Below, one piece after another: positions 23,009-34,900 of a stretch of DNA of 64,000 nt. The notes beneath the pieces are model-generated. The model did no database searches. It was not told the DNA's origin and saw nothing but the letters and a program-made list of their open reading frames with translations. Each line of letters opens with the position of its first letter. The stretch's first letter is position 1. The DNA is from Caecitellus pseudoparvulus. Taxonomy: Eukaryota > Protista > Bigyra: Bicosoecida. The stretch is from contig CBFFRQ010000031.1 in the NCBI GenBank assembly GCA_965644315.1, forward strand, positions 792,413 to 856,412, given 5' to 3'. A program made the position numbers and the translations under genes.

Positions 23009-25047
23009 TCAAGCAGCCTCCACGTCTGCGCCCGCTTCCTGGGTGCCGGGCATGAGCTGCCTGGCAACCAGGTTTGCGTACAGCTCATTGGAGGCTAGCA
23101 GCTCGTCGTGCGTGCCTTGTCCCACTACACGCCCCCCATCCACCACAACCACACGATCGGCGTCGCGCACAGTGCTCAGGCGATGCGCGATGACAAGCAC
23201 CGTGCGCCCGCGCATGAGGCGGTCCAGCGCCCCTTGCACCACTGCCTCTGACTCGGCATCCAGGGCGCTGCTGGCTTCGTCAAACACGCACAGCAAGGGG
23301 TCCTTGATCACTGCACGAGCAATGGCCACTCGCTGCTTCTGGCCCCCACTTAGGCGAACCCCACGCTCTCCCGTGCTGGTCCGGTAGCCGTCCGGGAAGC
23401 GCGAGATGAACTGGTGGGCGTTGGCAACGTCAGCAGCAGCTTGCACTGCCGCCTCTGAAGCGTCGGGGACGGCATAGGCAATGTTTTCGGCGATGCTGGA
23501 GGAGAACAAGACGGGCTCTTGGCGCACCAAGCCCACCTGATCCCGCCACCAACTACCGTCCAAGTCCCTCATGTCCACACCATCCACCAGCACCACGCCC
23601 GAGGAGGGGTGGTAGAACCCCTCCACGAGATTCACTACTGTGGACTTGCCGCCACCCGAAGGCCCCACGAGGGCCGTCACCGTCCCGGGCGACAGCGTCA
23701 AGTTGAAGTCCTGCAGCACAGGCACGTCTGGGCGGCTAGGGTACGCGAAGTTGACACGTGACAGCTGCACTTCCCCCCGCATGAGCTGGCGGTCCAGCTT
23801 GCGCCCCCCATTGAGAGAGATGCTTGGTTCACGGTCCAGGATCTGGAAGACCCGGTCGTTGGCCCCCACCGCTTGCATGAGGTTGCCAAAGAGCCCGCTC
23901 AGCATGGCCAGCGACGCGCCAATCTGCACCGCGTACAGCAGGAATGCGGTGAGGGTGCCCACGCTCAGAGACCCCTGCAGCACGAGTGTGCCACCATACC
24001 AGACGATGCCTGTGAAGGCCAGCGTCGTGACACCCTGCATGCCTCCGGAAAAGACACCGTACGCGAGGGCCGTCTTGATGCCCAAGGCCAGCGTCTCGGC
24101 GATGCGCTCGCCGTAAGCCGCCTCCTGCCTGCCTTCCCCAGCAAACGACCGGACCGTTCTAATCGCACCCAAGGACTCCTCAGCCACTTCTGTGGCTTGT
24201 GCAAGGGCCTTGCGAGTGGACTTGGACAGGTTGCGGACGTACCGGCCATACACCGCGGCGGTGATGGCTGTGAGGGGCACGATGCCCATGAGCACCAGGG
24301 CAAGGCGCCAATTGAGCACAAACAGGTATGCGATGCCTCCAAGTACAGTCGCAGAAGAGCGCAGGAACATGCTGATGTTCGTCGTGACGGCGTCTTTGAG
24401 GATGGTGACATCAGAGCCGAGACGGGACACCAACTCCCCCGTGCGGTTGGAATCGAAGAAGGCCACCTCTTGCTGCATGATGGCGTGGAAGAGCTTGTTG
24501 CGGAGGCGGGCCACGACCCGTTGGCCTGTGCAGCTGGGGCGATGCGTGCGCGGTGGCAGTGGGGCTCACACCTCACAGCGACGGGCGGGTCTCACTTGAA
24601 AAGGAATCCACGCAGGAAAGCGAAGACAGCCGACGCCACGGTGACGATGACGAGAACAATGGCGTTGTCCCTCAGTTTATCCTGCTCTTTGTTCGCAATT
24701 GCGTTGACGACGTTCCCAAAAATTGCCCTGCAGTCGGCGAAGGAGGGAGGGTGCCGGCGCCCCGCTGATGGAAGCAATTTACCGCACGTTACCCACGGAA
24801 TGAGCAGCTGCGTCCCGGCAGTGATGAAGAGGGCAATGGTGGCGACGACGAGGATGCATGCCTCAGGCTTTGCTTCTGCCAGCAGCCTACATATGTCCAG
24901 CTCGATTTGCTCCCGCTCCAGCCCTGAATCGCCGACGGAAGGCGACCCATCCCCCCCGGCACTTCGCGAAGCCGCTTTCGAAGGGGATAGCAGGGGCTGT
25001 TCCACGTCCCGCCCGGGGCGCTCCGGAATGCTCGCTGCAGTCGCCAT
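23009..25047 (-). CDS. ABCB-family half-transporter (ABCB10/TAP-like; TMD + NBD), 3 exons
   Basis: ATG 25047. TMD has QEVAFFDSNRTGELVSRL and AEESLGAIRTVRSF. NBD has Walker A GPSGGGKST, Q-loop VRQEP, signature LSGGQKQR, DEASSALD and IAHRLST. Confidence 0.93.
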
Positions 25048-25178
25048 GGTGCAGCCACTGGCGCCCTGCCTCGCGCGTCCGCACAGGATGAGGGCCTGCT
25101 CTCGGCCCAGTCGCCAAGCGCGCAAGGCGAGGCACACAGGCAAAGCAGATAGCTGACTATTCTAGCAAAGCAAGAGCT

Positions 25179-28100
25179 TTGCCATCTTGGTACACGGCTG
25201 CATTGTACGAAGCAAGGGAACTGGAAAGTGAGCATTGGGCCGAAGAGGAGCGTCTGCCACGACGTTGTCCCAGCTGTCTTCATCTGCCACGCCAAATCCC
25301 ACGTCACAACCGACAACACACCGAGCTCTTGGACAGTTCCAAATACCCCCAACTTCAAAGGTTCATACACACCCTGTCCAAACAAGCTCTTCACTGCAGC
25401 TCGTCGCTGTGGAGTGGCACTGCAGCAAAGCCGGAGCAGGCCCAGCTGGAATCAAGCCCAGCACCTTGGCAGCTCCGCAAGCCGAAACATGCTGGGCAGG
25501 CAGGGCGCCAGGTGGTGGCAGCTCTTCTGGACACTGTTCTTGTGCGCATGGCAGGTAGCATGCCCCCTGCCAGCTCAACGCTTGACGGGGCAGCTGTTTG
25601 GGGTTGGCTGGGTACTGGCCCTGCCGCCACGAGATCCCTCAGCAGTGGTGCGGGAGGCTGCCCAAGAAGGTACGTGCCTCGTGACATGCAGCGAAGCCGC
25701 TTCAAATCAAGCACTGTGCGAGCGCCCCTTGCAGCTTGCTTTGCGGCTGGCTTGGGGCCGCCGTTGGCGCAGCATTCCCTGCCAGTCCCATGGACTTCTG
25801 AAGCCGCAGCGACAATCCTGGGGGAAGTGCTCGGGCCACGTGCCGCCGTGAGCGTGGGCGGATGCTGTGCCAATGCCGTCTGGTGTGAATTAGATGCCCA
25901 ACAGTATGATGAGCTCGTGGATGGCGCCCCAGGCCGGCCTGTGCCTTGCTTCACGCACAACTCTCAACTATCGCCGAAGCCGGCTTCATATCGTAACGTT
26001 GGCTGGCTGGCTCAGAGCCTGACCGCCAATGCCAGCGCCCCCATGCCGCTGCCCCTCTACGCATGCACTTTGCAGCAGGAGGAGGAGCTGACACGCCGGT
26101 CCCTGCAAGGGCCTGCCCGCGGGCGTTCCTTGCAGCTGCATGCAGCTGACCAGGCCCAAGCGTCTTGGCTGGGCGTGAGGCCGCCCAAGGCTGCACCGCC
26201 CCAGCTGCGGGCAGCGCGGCAGGCACAGCTACAAGCGGCAGCCCCCCTGCAGGCAACTGCCGTGTACCCTTCCTCCGTTGCCCCATCACAACGCATGTCT
26301 GTCTGGGGCGTCTCCCTCACGGCGCCTCGAGCTGGGCCAGCCGGCCTCGACATCCAGGTCGGCGGCGCCACTTGTGCAGGAATCATTGATGTGTGCTCGG
26401 AAGGGTGTGCTCCCTGTTCGGGCAGCAACCCTTGTGCCCCGGGTTTCGTCTGTGTCACGTTTTCTGGCTCCACGTCGACGCGGGCAGCCTGTGTCGCGGA
26501 GTGCCGATCAGCACCCCAGCTGCTCCCCGGCCTGCCCACGCCCCCCTCCAGTCCCTTTGCACTGTTCCCGGCGCAGCAGTACTGCGCTTGTGGCGGACTG
26601 TGTGTTACGTACTGCCTTAGCGCGTGTTCGGCCGGCAACTACATCAGCCTCTGCTTGCCTCCCGGCACTCCCAACCCTAATGACTTTGACGCACTGTGCA
26701 GTGGCGGACCGGAGGATTTCCTGCGCCCACCACCAGCTGCATTTCCCGATCTGCCACCTGGTGCTGCTTCTGCCACTCAACGCTTGGAGTGCTCTGTGAC
26801 GGGCCAAGCATTCGGCTTGGCAGACACTGCAACAGCGTCGACGCGGCAGCTCGGCGCTGCCGGCGCCCAGTTCGCCGCTCAGCCGGGCAAGACGCCGTTC
26901 AGCGTGGATGCCACAGGCGCGCTCCTGCCGAATACTCTGCTTGCACCACCCAGCATCGTCCAGGTCAGCAGGTGGGAGCCTGGGGATGACTTGCCAGCCT
27001 ACCACGGCGCACTGGCTGCAGGCGGCCCGAATGCCAGTGTGGCAGCCGTTCTGCCCGGCACGGGAATGTGCGATGGGGGTGGTGGTAGCGCTGTTATTGT
27101 GCGCAACAGCGTGACAGGGGGCAACAGTGTGGGCAAGAGCGCGGCCACGCCCACCCCGTCCGCAACGCCCACCGGGTCGCCCTCAGCCTCTCCGTCTGCC
27201 TCCGTCAGTGCATCAGGCACGGTTTCGCCCTCCGGGTCGCCCTCAGCCTCCCCGTCTGCCTCCGTCAGTGCATCAGGCACGGTTTCGCCCTCCGCATCGC
27301 CTACAGTGTCCAATGGCACCGCAGCCCCACCCACATCAAGCCCTTCCATGACTGCAACACCAAGTTCGACACCCACCAGCACTGGGACTGCAAGCGCGTT
27401 TGTGAGCCCGTCTGGGACAGGTTCGTCATCGCCAACGCCGTCGGGCACCACAACTGCGAGCGGGACAGCCAGCCCCTCTCCATCCATCGTTTCTCCCACT
27501 CCCACCCCGTCTCCATCGCCCTCTTGCACGGCCACCCCCTCGGTCTCATCATCTGTCTCCCCACACACGTCGCCGTCAAGCTCCGCAGCCAGGACGCCCA
27601 GCAGCTCCCCATCACCTTCAGTCACCCCCTCCCTTTCAGTCAGCCCAAGTTCCTCAGCAATGGGAACTCCCACTCCCAGCAGCAGTCCGGGTCCACCCGC
27701 ACTGTCAGGAGCGGCGTACCGGTTCCCGGTACCGTTGGTGTACTGGCGCAGTCTCCAGTGCACAACGTCGGACCACTGCGCCACAGCGGATGTCTGCACT
27801 TCGCCGGTTTGTGTCAGTGGGTGCTGTGTGTACGTGCCAACAGGGCATTGCAGCACCGACACGGTGGAGGCTGAAGCCCGTGCCCCACGCCTGCTGCCAC
27901 AGGGGAGGCGGTCGCTGCCTCTGCCCCCGCCAGTTGCTGCTGCGGCGCTGCCGGTGGCACCACCCCTGCCGATCTCCAGTTGCAACGTCGATACGTCAGC
28001 TCAGCTTGGAGACATTGACGACGCACCGCTCTCCCCTGCCCCACTTCGAGGCAAGCTCACAGCGGACACTGCAGGCGCCTTGGCCGCTGATGTGGCGGCC

Positions 28101-31052
28101 AATGCCACGGACTCCCACTGGGCCTTCCCACTGTATCGCCACCGCTTCACGTCACTGCACATGGGATCGAACGGCATCCTGCAAGCCGCTGCGGAGGCCC
28201 CCTGTGGAGCTGTGTGGGCCAACCCGACCGCTCGCCCGAGCTTTCCGCTGTGCTTCTACACCAATGCTTACTTCGGACTCGTTGCGCCGCTGTCGACGGA
28301 TTGGAACCCCGCGCAAAGCGAGAACTCCAGCTTGTCCCTGAGGGTGCTTGGAACCAGCATGTGTGCCTCGTGGTACAATGTCCCCCTTTTTACCGGCGTG
28401 GCAGTGCCAGGGGAGCCGGCAGGCAGCTTCGAAGCGTGTCTCGCTGCCGACGGCGGGGTGCACTTCTGGCTGCGGCCGCAGGCCCAAAGCCTGGTTGCCC
28501 CAGCCAGCATCGCGGCAGGAGCGCCCCCTACCTCCACGCTGACCTTGCCGGCCACACAAGCTGACCCTCAAGCGCAGCAGTGGATTTCCGGCGTGCGGTC
28601 TCCCGATACCGTGCCATTCATGCCGTCTGCAGTGGATGCGGACTCAGCACAGGGTGCCTTGACAGATCTCATTGACGCCAACTTCAACGTGACGGACCCC
28701 TTGCCGTGGGAGGGCATGGCGCTGCCGGGGTCCCAGGCCTCGGCTGCTTCGGTGGTGACGCAAGACCAAGTTCTGTTCCGTGGCCCTGCCTTGCGGGCTG
28801 CCCAGCAGCAGGGCCACGCCCTCGCCACCTGCTCCGTCGGCAGCGCAGCATGCATGACGCCCAGATGTGGCACAGCAGCGGGAGGGACACGTGTCATCGT
28901 GCACTGGTCTGGGGCGGGGTGTGGGCTTCGTCCCCGCCTGCGCACAGTGGAGGGCCTTTCCAACAGGGCCATTTCAGAGGCGGAATTGGCTAACCTGACG
29001 TCATACAAGGAGCCCAATGCGAAAGTGGGGAGTGGATTAGCCGAAGCTCAGCCGTTTAGTTGGGCGCCGTGGGTGGATGCCGGCACTGCCACCTTCTGCG
29101 CATTTGGCGGCGTGCCGCACAACGCATCAGCTGCGCAGGTGCTTGCTGCGCCCAACATCGTGCCAGCCCAGCCCCAGGTTGCGGGCGTGGTGGGCTTGGC
29201 AGGGCAAGATGTCGGGGCTACCTCCTTCACGTGCGACACGCCCCCCCTCGCGGCAGTCTTGGGCGCCACAGGGGCCGAGGCGGTCAGCGCTGCTGCCAAT
29301 CGCAGCGCGGCGGCTGGGGCAGGTGCCAGGCGCGACCTGCACACAGCCGCCGCGCAGGCGCTGTGGGGCAGGAACGCCACTGGCCTCACCAACTCCACCG
29401 GCCCGCTGCTTGTGCCGGTGCCTGTGACACTCCTGGCCGTCTTGCCTGGTCCGGGGGGGGTGCTGGCAGCAGGCCGCGTGCTGGTGCTGCCAGTGGTGAG
29501 CATGCAGCTGCCCAGCAATGGCAGCAGGCTGGCAGAGTCCAGGCTGTCCGTTGAGCCACTGCTTCGGGATTCTGCAACACCCATTCGCCGAGCGTTCGCA
29601 GCAGCAGGCGGCCGGGTGATGCCTCTGTCCTTCACGTACCAGGCCCTGCGCCCAGGGGATGCCAACGTGTCCTGTGATTGTGTTGGGCGGCAGCCGCCAT
29701 CTGCTGACACATCAATCGTGGGTGTTTGCAACACCGTGGGCATGTGTGTGACCCACGTGGAGCCCCAGCCAGCCGGAAACACCACCGTGAACACCAGCAC
29801 CCCCATCCAGCCCCTCCCCTCCAGCAGGAGGGTGTCAGATCTGGTGAGTGCCCTCCCCCCTCCCCCTGGAGGGCTGCTCCACCCTGCAGATGGCCAGGTG
29901 TTGGACTGTGCTGGCGTGCCGTTCGGGGAGGCAGGGCCCAGCGCCTGTGGCAGCTGCACTGGCGGCACCACCGGCCTCCCCTCCGAGCCCGACTGTGCGG
30001 GTGTGTGCGGTGGCAGCGCGACGCTGGACTGTGCAGGCGTGTGCAATGGCCAGTCTGCGCCGGGGACGGACGGTGGCTGCTGTTTGCCCGCTGCAAAAGA
30101 CTGCATGGGTGTGTGTGGGGGCAGCGCCATTCGGGATTGTACTGGCGTGTGCGGGGGCAGCGCTGTGCGGGATTGCGGGGGCACCTGTCGCGGGCGCAAG
30201 GTGGTGGACTGCAGTGGGGTGTGTGGCGGGTCGGCGTTTATTGACACCTGCGGCAGGTGCGCTGGGGGAAGCACTGGTCTGCTCCCCTGTGCCTCCCCGA
30301 CGCCGTCCCCCTCCACTGGCGCCCAGTCAGGTGGTGACGATGACTCACCTGGCACGTCCCCAACATCCCCCCAGCAGCGCGGCGAGGACGTGGACTCCCA
30401 GGTCACGCGGGCTATTCTCATTGCCGGCGTGGCCGCGTTCGGTGGGTCGTTCTGCTTCCTGGGGCTCTGCTACGCTCGCATGCGGTGGCGCGACCAGCCA
30501 GTGGAGTTCGCGGTGGAGGATGTGGAGGACTTCGAACAGCGAACTGGCACGCACGGCTTGCCTGCCGTCGCCATCGCCGGCATTCCCAAGCAGCCCTTCA
30601 CTGCCGCCATGGCGCAGGGGCCCTCAGGGGACATGTGCATCGTGTGCCAGGACACCTTCAAGGAGGGCGAACCCGTGGCGGCCCTGGTGTGCAAGCACAT
30701 CTTCCATCCAGCCTGTGTCGAGGGCTGGTTGAGGAGCCACACGACGTGCCCGACGTGCAGGTACGAGCTGGAGGGGTGGGTGATTGAGTCGGGGCTGGCG
30801 GTGCAGCCTCCACGGGTGCGCAGTGGCCGACGGCGCATGCAGCCGGCAGAGGCGCAAGTGCACCCCGCGCCAGTGGATGCGGTGTCCCCACTTCGAGCTG
30901 CGTGGCCTCATGAACCATCTGATGCTGGAGAGGCGGCGGCACCGGAGCGCCCTGCGCCGGCACTCATGGAGATGGTGGTGCGGCACCCGGCACCTACAGC
31001 GCCGCCTTCACCCCCTCGCACAAGCCGGGCACGCACGTCCAGCAGTGCATGA
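25179..31052 (+). CDS. Large type-I membrane protein with a cytoplasmic RING-H2 finger (receptor-like E3 ligase); true start uncertain
   Basis: 1957-codon ORF. Cys-rich segments, S/T/P stalk, NIDO/plexin-like beta domain ([26 protein letters not shown]), IPT-like segment and DCxGVCGG repeats, followed by [24 protein letters not shown] and RING-H2 [24 protein letters not shown]. Confidence 0.85.
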   Translation: MPSWYTAALYEARELESEHWAEEERLPRRCPSCLHLPRQIPRHNRQHTELLDSSKYPQLQRFIHTLSKQALHCSSSLWSGTAAKPEQAQLESSPAPWQLRKPKHAGQAGRQVVAALLDTVLVRMAGSMPPASSTLDGAAVWGWLGTGPAATRSLSSGAGGCPRRYVPRDMQRSRFKSSTVRAPLAACFAAGLGPPLAQHSLPVPWTSEAAATILGEVLGPRAAVSVGGCCANAVWCELDAQQYDELVDGAPGRPVPCFTHNSQLSPKPASYRNVGWLAQSLTANASAPMPLPLYACTLQQEEELTRRSLQGPARGRSLQLHAADQAQASWLGVRPPKAAPPQLRAARQAQLQAAAPLQATAVYPSSVAPSQRMSVWGVSLTAPRAGPAGLDIQVGGATCAGIIDVCSEGCAPCSGSNPCAPGFVCVTFSGSTSTRAACVAECRSAPQLLPGLPTPPSSPFALFPAQQYCACGGLCVTYCLSACSAGNYISLCLPPGTPNPNDFDALCSGGPEDFLRPPPAAFPDLPPGAASATQRLECSVTGQAFGLADTATASTRQLGAAGAQFAAQPGKTPFSVDATGALLPNTLLAPPSIVQVSRWEPGDDLPAYHGALAAGGPNASVAAVLPGTGMCDGGGGSAVIVRNSVTGGNSVGKSAATPTPSATPTGSPSASPSASVSASGTVSPSGSPSASPSASVSASGTVSPSASPTVSNGTAAPPTSSPSMTATPSSTPTSTGTASAFVSPSGTGSSSPTPSGTTTASGTASPSPSIVSPTPTPSPSPSCTATPSVSSSVSPHTSPSSSAARTPSSSPSPSVTPSLSVSPSSSAMGTPTPSSSPGPPALSGAAYRFPVPLVYWRSLQCTTSDHCATADVCTSPVCVSGCCVYVPTGHCSTDTVEAEARAPRLLPQGRRSLPLPPPVAAAALPVAPPLPISSCNVDTSAQLGDIDDAPLSPAPLRGKLTADTAGALAADVAANATDSHWAFPLYRHRFTSLHMGSNGILQAAAEAPCGAVWANPTARPSFPLCFYTNAYFGLVAPLSTDWNPAQSENSSLSLRVLGTSMCASWYNVPLFTGVAVPGEPAGSFEACLAADGGVHFWLRPQAQSLVAPASIAAGAPPTSTLTLPATQADPQAQQWISGVRSPDTVPFMPSAVDADSAQGALTDLIDANFNVTDPLPWEGMALPGSQASAASVVTQDQVLFRGPALRAAQQQGHALATCSVGSAACMTPRCGTAAGGTRVIVHWSGAGCGLRPRLRTVEGLSNRAISEAELANLTSYKEPNAKVGSGLAEAQPFSWAPWVDAGTATFCAFGGVPHNASAAQVLAAPNIVPAQPQVAGVVGLAGQDVGATSFTCDTPPLAAVLGATGAEAVSAAANRSAAAGAGARRDLHTAAAQALWGRNATGLTNSTGPLLVPVPVTLLAVLPGPGGVLAAGRVLVLPVVSMQLPSNGSRLAESRLSVEPLLRDSATPIRRAFAAAGGRVMPLSFTYQALRPGDANVSCDCVGRQPPSADTSIVGVCNTVGMCVTHVEPQPAGNTTVNTSTPIQPLPSSRRVSDLVSALPPPPGGLLHPADGQVLDCAGVPFGEAGPSACGSCTGGTTGLPSEPDCAGVCGGSATLDCAGVCNGQSAPGTDGGCCLPAAKDCMGVCGGSAIRDCTGVCGGSAVRDCGGTCRGRKVVDCSGVCGGSAFIDTCGRCAGGSTGLLPCASPTPSPSTGAQSGGDDDSPGTSPTSPQQRGEDVDSQVTRAILIAGVAAFGGSFCFLGLCYARMRWRDQPVEFAVEDVEDFEQRTGTHGLPAVAIAGIPKQPFTAAMAQGPSGDMCIVCQDTFKEGEPVAALVCKHIFHPACVEGWLRSHTTCPTCRYELEGWVIESGLAVQPPRVRSGRRRMQPAEAQVHPAPVDAVSPLRAAWPHEPSDAGEAAAPERPAPALMEMVVRHPAPTAPPSPPRTSRARTSSSA
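27172..27302 (+). repeat. 60-bp coding tandem duplication ([20 protein letters not shown] x2) in a mucin-like stalk
   Basis: Lines 27181 and 27241 differ at only 3 of 60 positions. Confidence 0.9.
29903..30270 (+). repeat. Coding D-C-x-G-x-C-G-G repeats (~13-aa period)
   Basis: [65 protein letters not shown]. Confidence 0.85.
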
Positions 31053-31217
31053 CTGGTCACAACAACCAAATTCATTCTTTATGTTGTGGTCTCGTGACTG
31101 TGCTGCTGCTTGCTGAAGCGCAGTGTTTGCCGATCCTGCACTTGCCCAGCTGCGCCCCTCTCACAGAACGCCAGCCATTCTGACCCGGCACGCCTGGAAG
31201 GCGCGTCTCGTGCGGCA

Positions 31218-31896
31218 ATGGAGAGAATTTCCATTGCATCTCCATATGTTCCCTCTGGACTTCCAACACGCCCGTCAAACGCTTTCGTGAGAAAGGTGGG
31301 GTGCCGTTGGTGTCACCGCGCGGTGGGGCGAAACGTATGCGAAACGCTTGAGCCTCCCTGTCCCACAGCACGTTCAAAGCATGCGGGGAGAATCCATGGC
31401 ACTGCTCGGCTACATGGGAGGATCAGAACACGGTTTCGGCGGACAGTCAGGGCATGTTATCCGCAGGAAGACTGCCCCCACCAGCACAAAGCAGCGGCAG
31501 GCAGCAGCGCCTTCGTGCCGGGCAGAGCAGCTTCCGTGCCTTGACAGCATGGCGCTGCAGGACAACCTGAGCACGCCATCCCAAGCAGACCACTTTGCCT
31601 ACAAATCCCTGCACGTACCATTTGAGCCCCTCCCAGTCCCGGCACAGCAGCTGGCAGGCGCTGCCCGGGCGCACTACGCAGTCCCTCCACTGTACACACG
31701 CCGGCCGGGGCCAGGCAGGGGGACCAGGCAAGGCGACCTGCACCCCCAGCACTTCTCTGGACATCCTCAGCATTTCAGCCATCGTTCAAAGCAGCTGCTG
31801 GCGCAGACCGCTGCCTTGCGAGCGGGAGCGTTGGGTCTGCAGCAGCGGCGAGCACGCCTGGGCGCGTTCAAGGCGCAAGTGTGCGGGGCGCGGTGA
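31218..31896 (+). CDS. Hypothetical protein (~200 aa, 2 exons)
   Basis: ATG 31218; intron 31287-31368 (GTGAGA..CACAG) joins the 31348 frame in phase. The stop is followed directly by AATGCATT. No recognisable domain. Confidence 0.5.
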
Positions 31897-31965
31897 AATG
31901 CATTGCAACAACAAGACCAGGCGGCAGCACTCGAGGAGGAGGGCGCGGCGACGCCCGGCAGCAGT

Positions 31966-34900
31966 CTACTCATCGCTGTCTTCCATTCGCCGCGTGCGCT
32001 GGAACTCAGCCTTGGCCCGGGCGAGGCGTTCCCGCAGTGTGGCTGTGACTGACTTGGCTGGGGCGGGGGCAGACTCGGGCATGCCGCTGTCACTGCTGGA
32101 GGACGAGTTCAGCCCTCGCGCAGGCCCCGCCAGGTGTCGGTGGGGAAAGGCACTGCGCTCGACAACCTGGGGCGCGGGCGGGGCGGACCTCCCCTCCACG
32201 CGGTGCACGGAGGGGGGTTCCGGAATGGACGTGATGCTGGGCGGACCTGAGGGTGCCCCGCCACCCTCCTCCACTGCCGGTGTCACGTCGATGCGCACGC
32301 TGCCGTGGCGACTGATGCTGATGATGGAGCCGCCTGGAGACTTGACCAGGTGGCTGCGGCTGGCACTGGTGGAGCGGGGCGGCGTCACCGCCCGCAGAGC
32401 AGTGCTGCTCGCCACAGACGACTCGGCTGTTGCCCGCTGTGGAGCCGCTTCACTCCTCCCGGCGCCCCACCCTGCCTGGCCCTGGTGGGCTTGCGCCACT
32501 GGGTGCAAGTAGTCAGCGGCGCGCGCCGATGCGACGGCGTCAGCTGACCGGGACAGGGCTGTCACGGACGCCTGCAGCTGGATGATGGTGCTCTGCGCAG
32601 CCTTCAGCTCCGCCTTGGCACTCTCTGCCTCCCGGACGGCGGCATCCACCCGAGCGCGCTCCTGGCGCCCCTCCTCCTCAGTGCCAGCCACGCTGGCCGA
32701 CACCGCCTCGCACTTGGCCTCTGCCGCTGACAGGCGCACCTCCAGCGCCTGTTTCTGCTGGTGCGCCTCAGCTGCGGCAGCCTTGGCCACAGCAGCAGCC
32801 TCCTGGGCTGCAGACACCTGGGCCAGGGCACCCTCGTGAGCCCGGCGGGCAGCCTTGAGTTCGTCCTGCGCGCTGGCCAGCTGCTGCCGCAGCTCATCGC
32901 GTTCCTGCGCTGCCGCTTGCCCTTGGCTGGACAGCGCGTTCAAGTCCGCCGCCACAGCAGACTCCATCTCGCTGCGCTCTTGCTGTGCCGCCGCAGCCGC
33001 CTGCCGCAGCTCCTGCACCACCTCCTGCAGCTGCACGGCGTGGTCCTGGGCCGCCTCCACCTCCTGCTTCGCAGCACGTGCGCGATCGTCAGCTGCCTGC
33101 GCCTCCTGCCTGGCCGCCTCCAGCGCCTGCCGTGTGCGGGCCACCTCCGACTCCAGCCGGCCGCGCGCCGTCTTCAGACGGGCCACATCCTCTTGTAGCG
33201 CTGCGATGGTGCCAGCGTCGCGCCCCCCAGCGGCCTCGGCACGTGCTACAGCAGCAGCCTGTGCGGCACTGGCAGCCCTGGCATCTGCCAGCGCCTCCTC
33301 CAGCGCAGCGATGCGATCCCCCCGCCGCGCCAGCTCAGCCTGGCTTTGGCGCGCTGCAGCAGCGCTGGCGTCCGCTTCCCCTGCCAGAGCAGCCAGCCTG
33401 GCAGTGGTGCCCTCCAGCTGCTGCTGCATGCCCCCTGCCTGCCCCCGCACAGCCGTGATCTCCTCCTGCGCCACTTCGTACTGGGACTTGAGTGCCGCGA
33501 GCTGGGAGCGCAGTTCGCCGATGCGGGCCTGTGCCGCCACCAAGGCCGCCGCCCGCTCTCGCGCGCCTTCCGTCGCCTCTGTCAGCGCATGCAGGCGGGG
33601 GCGCGTGGCGTGCACCTCTGACTCCAGCGCCTGGCACTGCGCCTGGGACGCGGTGAGCGCGCGCTGCAGGTCCTTGGCGTGTGCCGCCACGGCACGCCCT
33701 CGAGCCGCGACGGCTGTGATGAGGGCAGCCAGGCCACCCCCGCTGCCGCTGCTGCTGTCTGGCACGGCGAGGGAAGGCTGGGCATCCCCCGCACCTGGCG
33801 CCTGCGCCGCATCCAAGAAGCGAGCCAGCTCAGCCGACACCAGCTCCAGGACTTCCCTGGCTGAGTCCAACTCGCTGGACAGCCGTGCCACACTGCGCTG
33901 CAGGCCCCGGCGCTCCGCCTCGCCGGCCTCCGCCTCCTTGCGCAGCTCCTGCAGCTGGGCGTTTTGCTCCTCCAGCACAGACACCGCATCTGCACACTGC
34001 GCCTCAAGGGAGGCTGCCCGCTCCTGCCCCGCTGCCTGCTGTGCTGCCGCCTGGCTGGCTGAGGACTTGGCTGCCGACCGCGCCGCTGACAGCTGCTCTG
34101 ACAGCCGGTCTGTCGCGTCCTGCAGCTCGCCCACTTTGGCGGTGAGGGCGCGCACTTGCTCCTCGCCAGCGGCGCGTGCCTCCTTGACTTCCTCCAGCCG
34201 CCGCTCCAACTGCATGTTCTGCTGCACCAGGATGCTGCGCTCGGCGCTGGCTGCTGCCTCAGAGGAGGCGGCAGCCTCCTCTGCCTCCTGTCGAGCACGG
34301 TCAGCCACCCGGCCCCGGCCCTGTGCCACCTTGAGCTCGTCGCGCACCTGTGCCAGCTGCTGCTGGCACTGCGTGAGTTCGCTGGCGGTGTCAGCCAGCT
34401 GAGTGGCCACTGCTGCGCTGCTGCCTTGCACTGAGCCCAGCTCACGCCGCAAGTCCTCGACTTCTCGCTCAGCGACCTCTGCCCTCTGGCGCAGCTCCCG
34501 GGCAGCGTCACGGGCCGCCTCTGCGTCAGCCTCTGCCCTTTGTGCACTGGCCTCAGCTTCATCCAAGCGCCCCCGCAGGTTGCCTACCTCCGAGGCAGAC
34601 GCTGCCGAGGCGGAGGCCAGCTGCGTCGCAGAGCTCTCGGCTTGCTGCTGCGCGGCCGCCTCGCGGTCCTTCGCCTCTGCCAAGCGCGTGCGCAACGTGT
34701 GGATCTCGTCGTGCAGCACGCGCCGCGCGGTGCGCTTGTCCTTGTCAGTGGACGCCACGACACTGGCGGCAGCCTTCAGTGACGCGCCGGCGCCCCGCAG
34801 CCACCGCGCCATGATGGACACTGTGCCAGCGACATGTGGCAGCGCAGTGGCCAGGCCTTCGCTGGCACCCCACGCTGCAGCCTTCTCGGCGCGGGCCAGA

